A stretch of 64,000 nucleotides of DNA, taken from positions 128,001-192,000 of the forward strand of contig CAVSGG010000008.1 of assembly GCA_963727455.1 (NCBI GenBank). Reading direction: 5' to 3'. The stretch is from Candidatus Krumholzibacteriota bacterium (lineage in GTDB: Bacteria; Krumholzibacteriota; Krumholzibacteriia; JAJRXK01). Below the pieces are notes generated by a model. That model ran no database searches. It saw nothing but the letters and a program-made list of their open reading frames with translations, and was not told the DNA's origin. How positions within the stretch are numbered: position 1 is the first letter of the stretch; the number at the start of each line of letters is the position of its first letter. The position numbers and the translations under genes are program-made. Below are positions 61,812 to 64,000 of the stretch, piece after piece.

Positions 61812-61935
61812 GGCTTTTCTCCTCTTGCAATTGCCTTGCGAAGCTACCATTAAGGCGGCGAAGCACGCATCTCTTGGTGATGATAGGGCGAATGGGGACT
61901 CGACGCCTCTGTCCAAGCAGTTTAGTTTGGACTCC

Positions 61936-62514
61936 ATGAATTCTCAAACTCGCACGCTCGCAGAGCACACTCCCGCCGGCCGCCGGCTCAACTCCAACGA
62001 ACTCAAAGCTCTGCACCCTTCCGCCCCGGAACTCCTCGAACTGCCGCGAAGGCCAGTCCTGGGAGTGCTGGAGAACATCCGCAGTTTGGGCAATGTCGGG
62101 AGTATTTTTCGCAGCGCCGATGCGGTCCGCTTCGAGCAACTCTACCTCTGCGGGTACACCGGCCATCCCCCCCGGCCCGAGATCGAAAAGACGGCCCTCG
62201 GAGCGACCCAGAGCGTGCCCTGGAGTTATTGGAGCAAGAGCGCCGAGGCGCTGCTCTGGTTGAAGGACTCCGGCTATCAGCTTCTCGCCTTGGAGATCAC
62301 CACGAAGAGCACTCCGCTCGACGAGATCGATCTGAGATCGCCTGTCGCCATCGTCATGGGGAATGAAGTGACCGGCATCGACCCCGAGACACTCGCGCTC
62401 TGCGAGCACGCCGTGGAGCTGCCCATGCAGGGGCTCAAGGAGAGTCTCAACGTTGCGGTGGCCTTCGGAGTGATCGCCTACCAGTTGGCAGCGCGGGTGC
62501 CCCTCCCGGCCTAG
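61936..62514 (+). CDS. TrmH/SpoU family RNA 2'-O-methyltransferase
   Basis: LENIRSLGNVGSIFRSAD, MGNEVTGI, ESLNVAVA. Confidence 0.93.
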   Translation: MNSQTRTLAEHTPAGRRLNSNELKALHPSAPELLELPRRPVLGVLENIRSLGNVGSIFRSADAVRFEQLYLCGYTGHPPRPEIEKTALGATQSVPWSYWSKSAEALLWLKDSGYQLLALEITTKSTPLDEIDLRSPVAIVMGNEVTGIDPETLALCEHAVELPMQGLKESLNVAVAFGVIAYQLAARVPLPA

Positions 62515-63587
62515 ATGTTCACGCGCCGGCGGCGAGAGATTTCCTGCGCGTAGGGAATGCCCAGGGCTCTGAGCTGGGTAAAGACTTCCTCGAGAAGTTT
62601 GATCTTCGTCCCCAGAGGCAAGAAGGCGCTCTTGAAGCCGGCGACCACCAGGTCGACGATTTCCTCCAGACCAAAACCGAAGACCCTGGCCACCGTCCTC
62701 AGCTCGTTGGTCGAGTCCGTATTGCTGATGAGGCGATTGTCCGTGTTGATGGTTACCCGGAGCCCCTCCTCCATGAAGCGCGGCAAGGGATGGTCCTCGA
62801 AGGATCCCACGGCCTTGGTCTGGACGTTCGAGGTCGGGCAGATTTCCAGCGGAATACGGTGGTCGTTGACGTACTGCAGCAGGTCGGGATCTTCCAGAAG
62901 CCTGGTACCATGCCCGATTCTATGCGCACCACAGTAGTGCAGGGCCTGCGCGATGCTGGCCGGACCGAAGGCCTCCCCCGCGTGAATGGTGATGTTCACG
63001 TTGGCGTTGAGCACCTTGTAGAATGCTTCGCGATGATGCTTGGCGGGATAGTCCCTCTCCGCTCCTGCCAGATCGAAGCCCACCACGCCGCGGTCCTTCC
63101 ACGCCACAGCATGCTCGGCCAATTCCAGAGAATCCTCGGGAGTGAGATGGCGAATGCCGCAGAGAATTTGTCCGGTGCGGATTCCGTATCGATCTTCCGC
63201 ATGCTGCAGCCCCTTTGCCACAGCCGCAATCACTTCATCCATGCTCATCCCGCGCGTGCGATGCAAGAGAGGAGAGTAACGAATCTCCGCATACAGCACA
63301 TTCTCGCGGTGCGCATCCTCGGCAAGCTCGAAAGCGCTGCGCGCGAGCGCTTCGGCGTCTTGCAGCAAGGGAAGAGTGATATCGAAAACCCTGAGATACT
63401 CGACGAGACTCTCGCAATCCAATCCGACTTCGAGAATGGAGCGCAGCTCCTCGGGCTTCTTGCTCGGTAGCTTGATTCCCCGTTCCTTGGCCAAGTCCAG
63501 AACCGTTTCCACTCTGAGACTTCCGTCCAAGTGCAAATGCAGGTCCGTCTTGGGAAGACGGTGCAGAATGTCCTCACTCAATTTCAC
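62511..63587 (-). CDS. add: Adenosine deaminase
   Basis: PKTDLHLHLDGS, GFDLAG, HAGE, RIGHG, CPTSN, NTDN; GTG start after GGAGGT. Confidence 0.95.
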   Translation of the reverse strand: MKLSEDILHRLPKTDLHLHLDGSLRVETVLDLAKERGIKLPSKKPEELRSILEVGLDCESLVEYLRVFDITLPLLQDAEALARSAFELAEDAHRENVLYAEIRYSPLLHRTRGMSMDEVIAAVAKGLQHAEDRYGIRTGQILCGIRHLTPEDSLELAEHAVAWKDRGVVGFDLAGAERDYPAKHHREAFYKVLNANVNITIHAGEAFGPASIAQALHYCGAHRIGHGTRLLEDPDLLQYVNDHRIPLEICPTSNVQTKAVGSFEDHPLPRFMEEGLRVTINTDNRLISNTDSTNELRTVARVFGFGLEEIVDLVVAGFKSAFLPLGTKIKLLEEVFTQLRALGIPYAQEISRRRRVNI

Positions 63588-63705
63588 GCTCTCACCTCCC
63601 GGCTCACTCGCGCGGAATTCTAACGAACCTAGCACCACGAACTCGCCAGCGCTATGAAAGGAAGCAGGCGGCGTGAGCGCGGCGTTTGTCATTTGGGGTG
63701 CGAGG

Positions 63706-63855
63706 AAAAGTGCCGATGCGGTGGGTTGACCTCCCTCCACGCCACAGAGCGACTCAAACCCGTGAACGCGAAGCTGTCCCACCCAACGCGGGGCTATACG
63801 AGGCCAGTCGCCAACCCCGCTCCGCATCGGCCTTGGACCCGCGATCGCGGGTCAT
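63706..63855 (-). ncRNA. Candidate structured non-coding RNA of unknown family
   Basis: Perfect 10-bp end-to-end pairing 63712-63721/63822-63831, nested stems, TTTT just after the closing stem, TATACT -10 at 63861-63866. Confidence 0.45.
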
Positions 63856-63875
63856 GCTGTAGTATATCGTATGCT

Positions 63876-64000
63876 ATGGCCGATCTCCAAATGCCCTCAG
63901 CTCGAAAGGAGTCCGGCCAGGTACACCGCCAAGTGGACGACCTCGCGTCGATCCCGCCTCTCCCGCAGTCCGGACTCGAGAAAAAGCTCGCAACCAGGGT
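63876..64000 (+). CDS. Possible 5' fragment of a CDS running off the window
   Basis: Open frame MADLQMPSARKESGQ... to the window end; no recognisable motif. Confidence 0.3.
   Translation, partial: MADLQMPSARKESGQVHRQVDDLASIPPLPQSGLEKKLATR

Noticed and set aside
63641-63680. GAAAGGAAGCAG resembling the SRP RNA helix-8 3' half
   Set aside because: The required 5' half (CAGGTCC) and the long flanking helix are absent.
63740-63805. Purine riboswitch upstream of add (CTCGTATA on the minus strand)
   Set aside because: No TATGG loop, TTTCTAC junction or matching 3' P1; kept only as an unassigned RNA candidate.

Overview
GC-rich, gene-dense bacterial chromosomal window. Gene content (FadL plus GDSL lipoprotein, MoxR-BatABCDE, IcmF, TPR and TolB-like lipoproteins, a FlgD/T9SS-like C-terminal tail) suggests a diderm of the FCB group; this taxonomy is inference only. 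It holds about 50 CDSs and one initiator tRNA. In order: SigW-like ECF sigma operon; eno-ftsB-tRNA-fMet; gdhA followed by an uncharacterised multi-REC/PPDK-N (ATP-grasp dikinase-like) protein and ispG; amidohydrolase; ubiD-family; PP2C; ClC; icmF; mutY; fatty-acid uptake genes; CCA enzyme; rfbAB; tdk; queD; HDAC-uvrA; Bat operon; DUF507 pair; glycosyltransferases; HNH; cN-II nucleotidase; tusA with a tRNA thiolase; trmH; add. I saw no integrase, transposase, prophage or CRISPR array. Best leads: (1) the gdhA-linked REC-dikinase, (2) an unassigned structured RNA of about 120-150 nt upstream of add, (3) a 52-aa ORF made of only a signal peptide and a sorting tail, (4) repeated leaderless-gene promoter geometry, (5) a catalytically degenerate GT2-TPR protein. 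All calls come from reading motifs by eye; no database searches were run.
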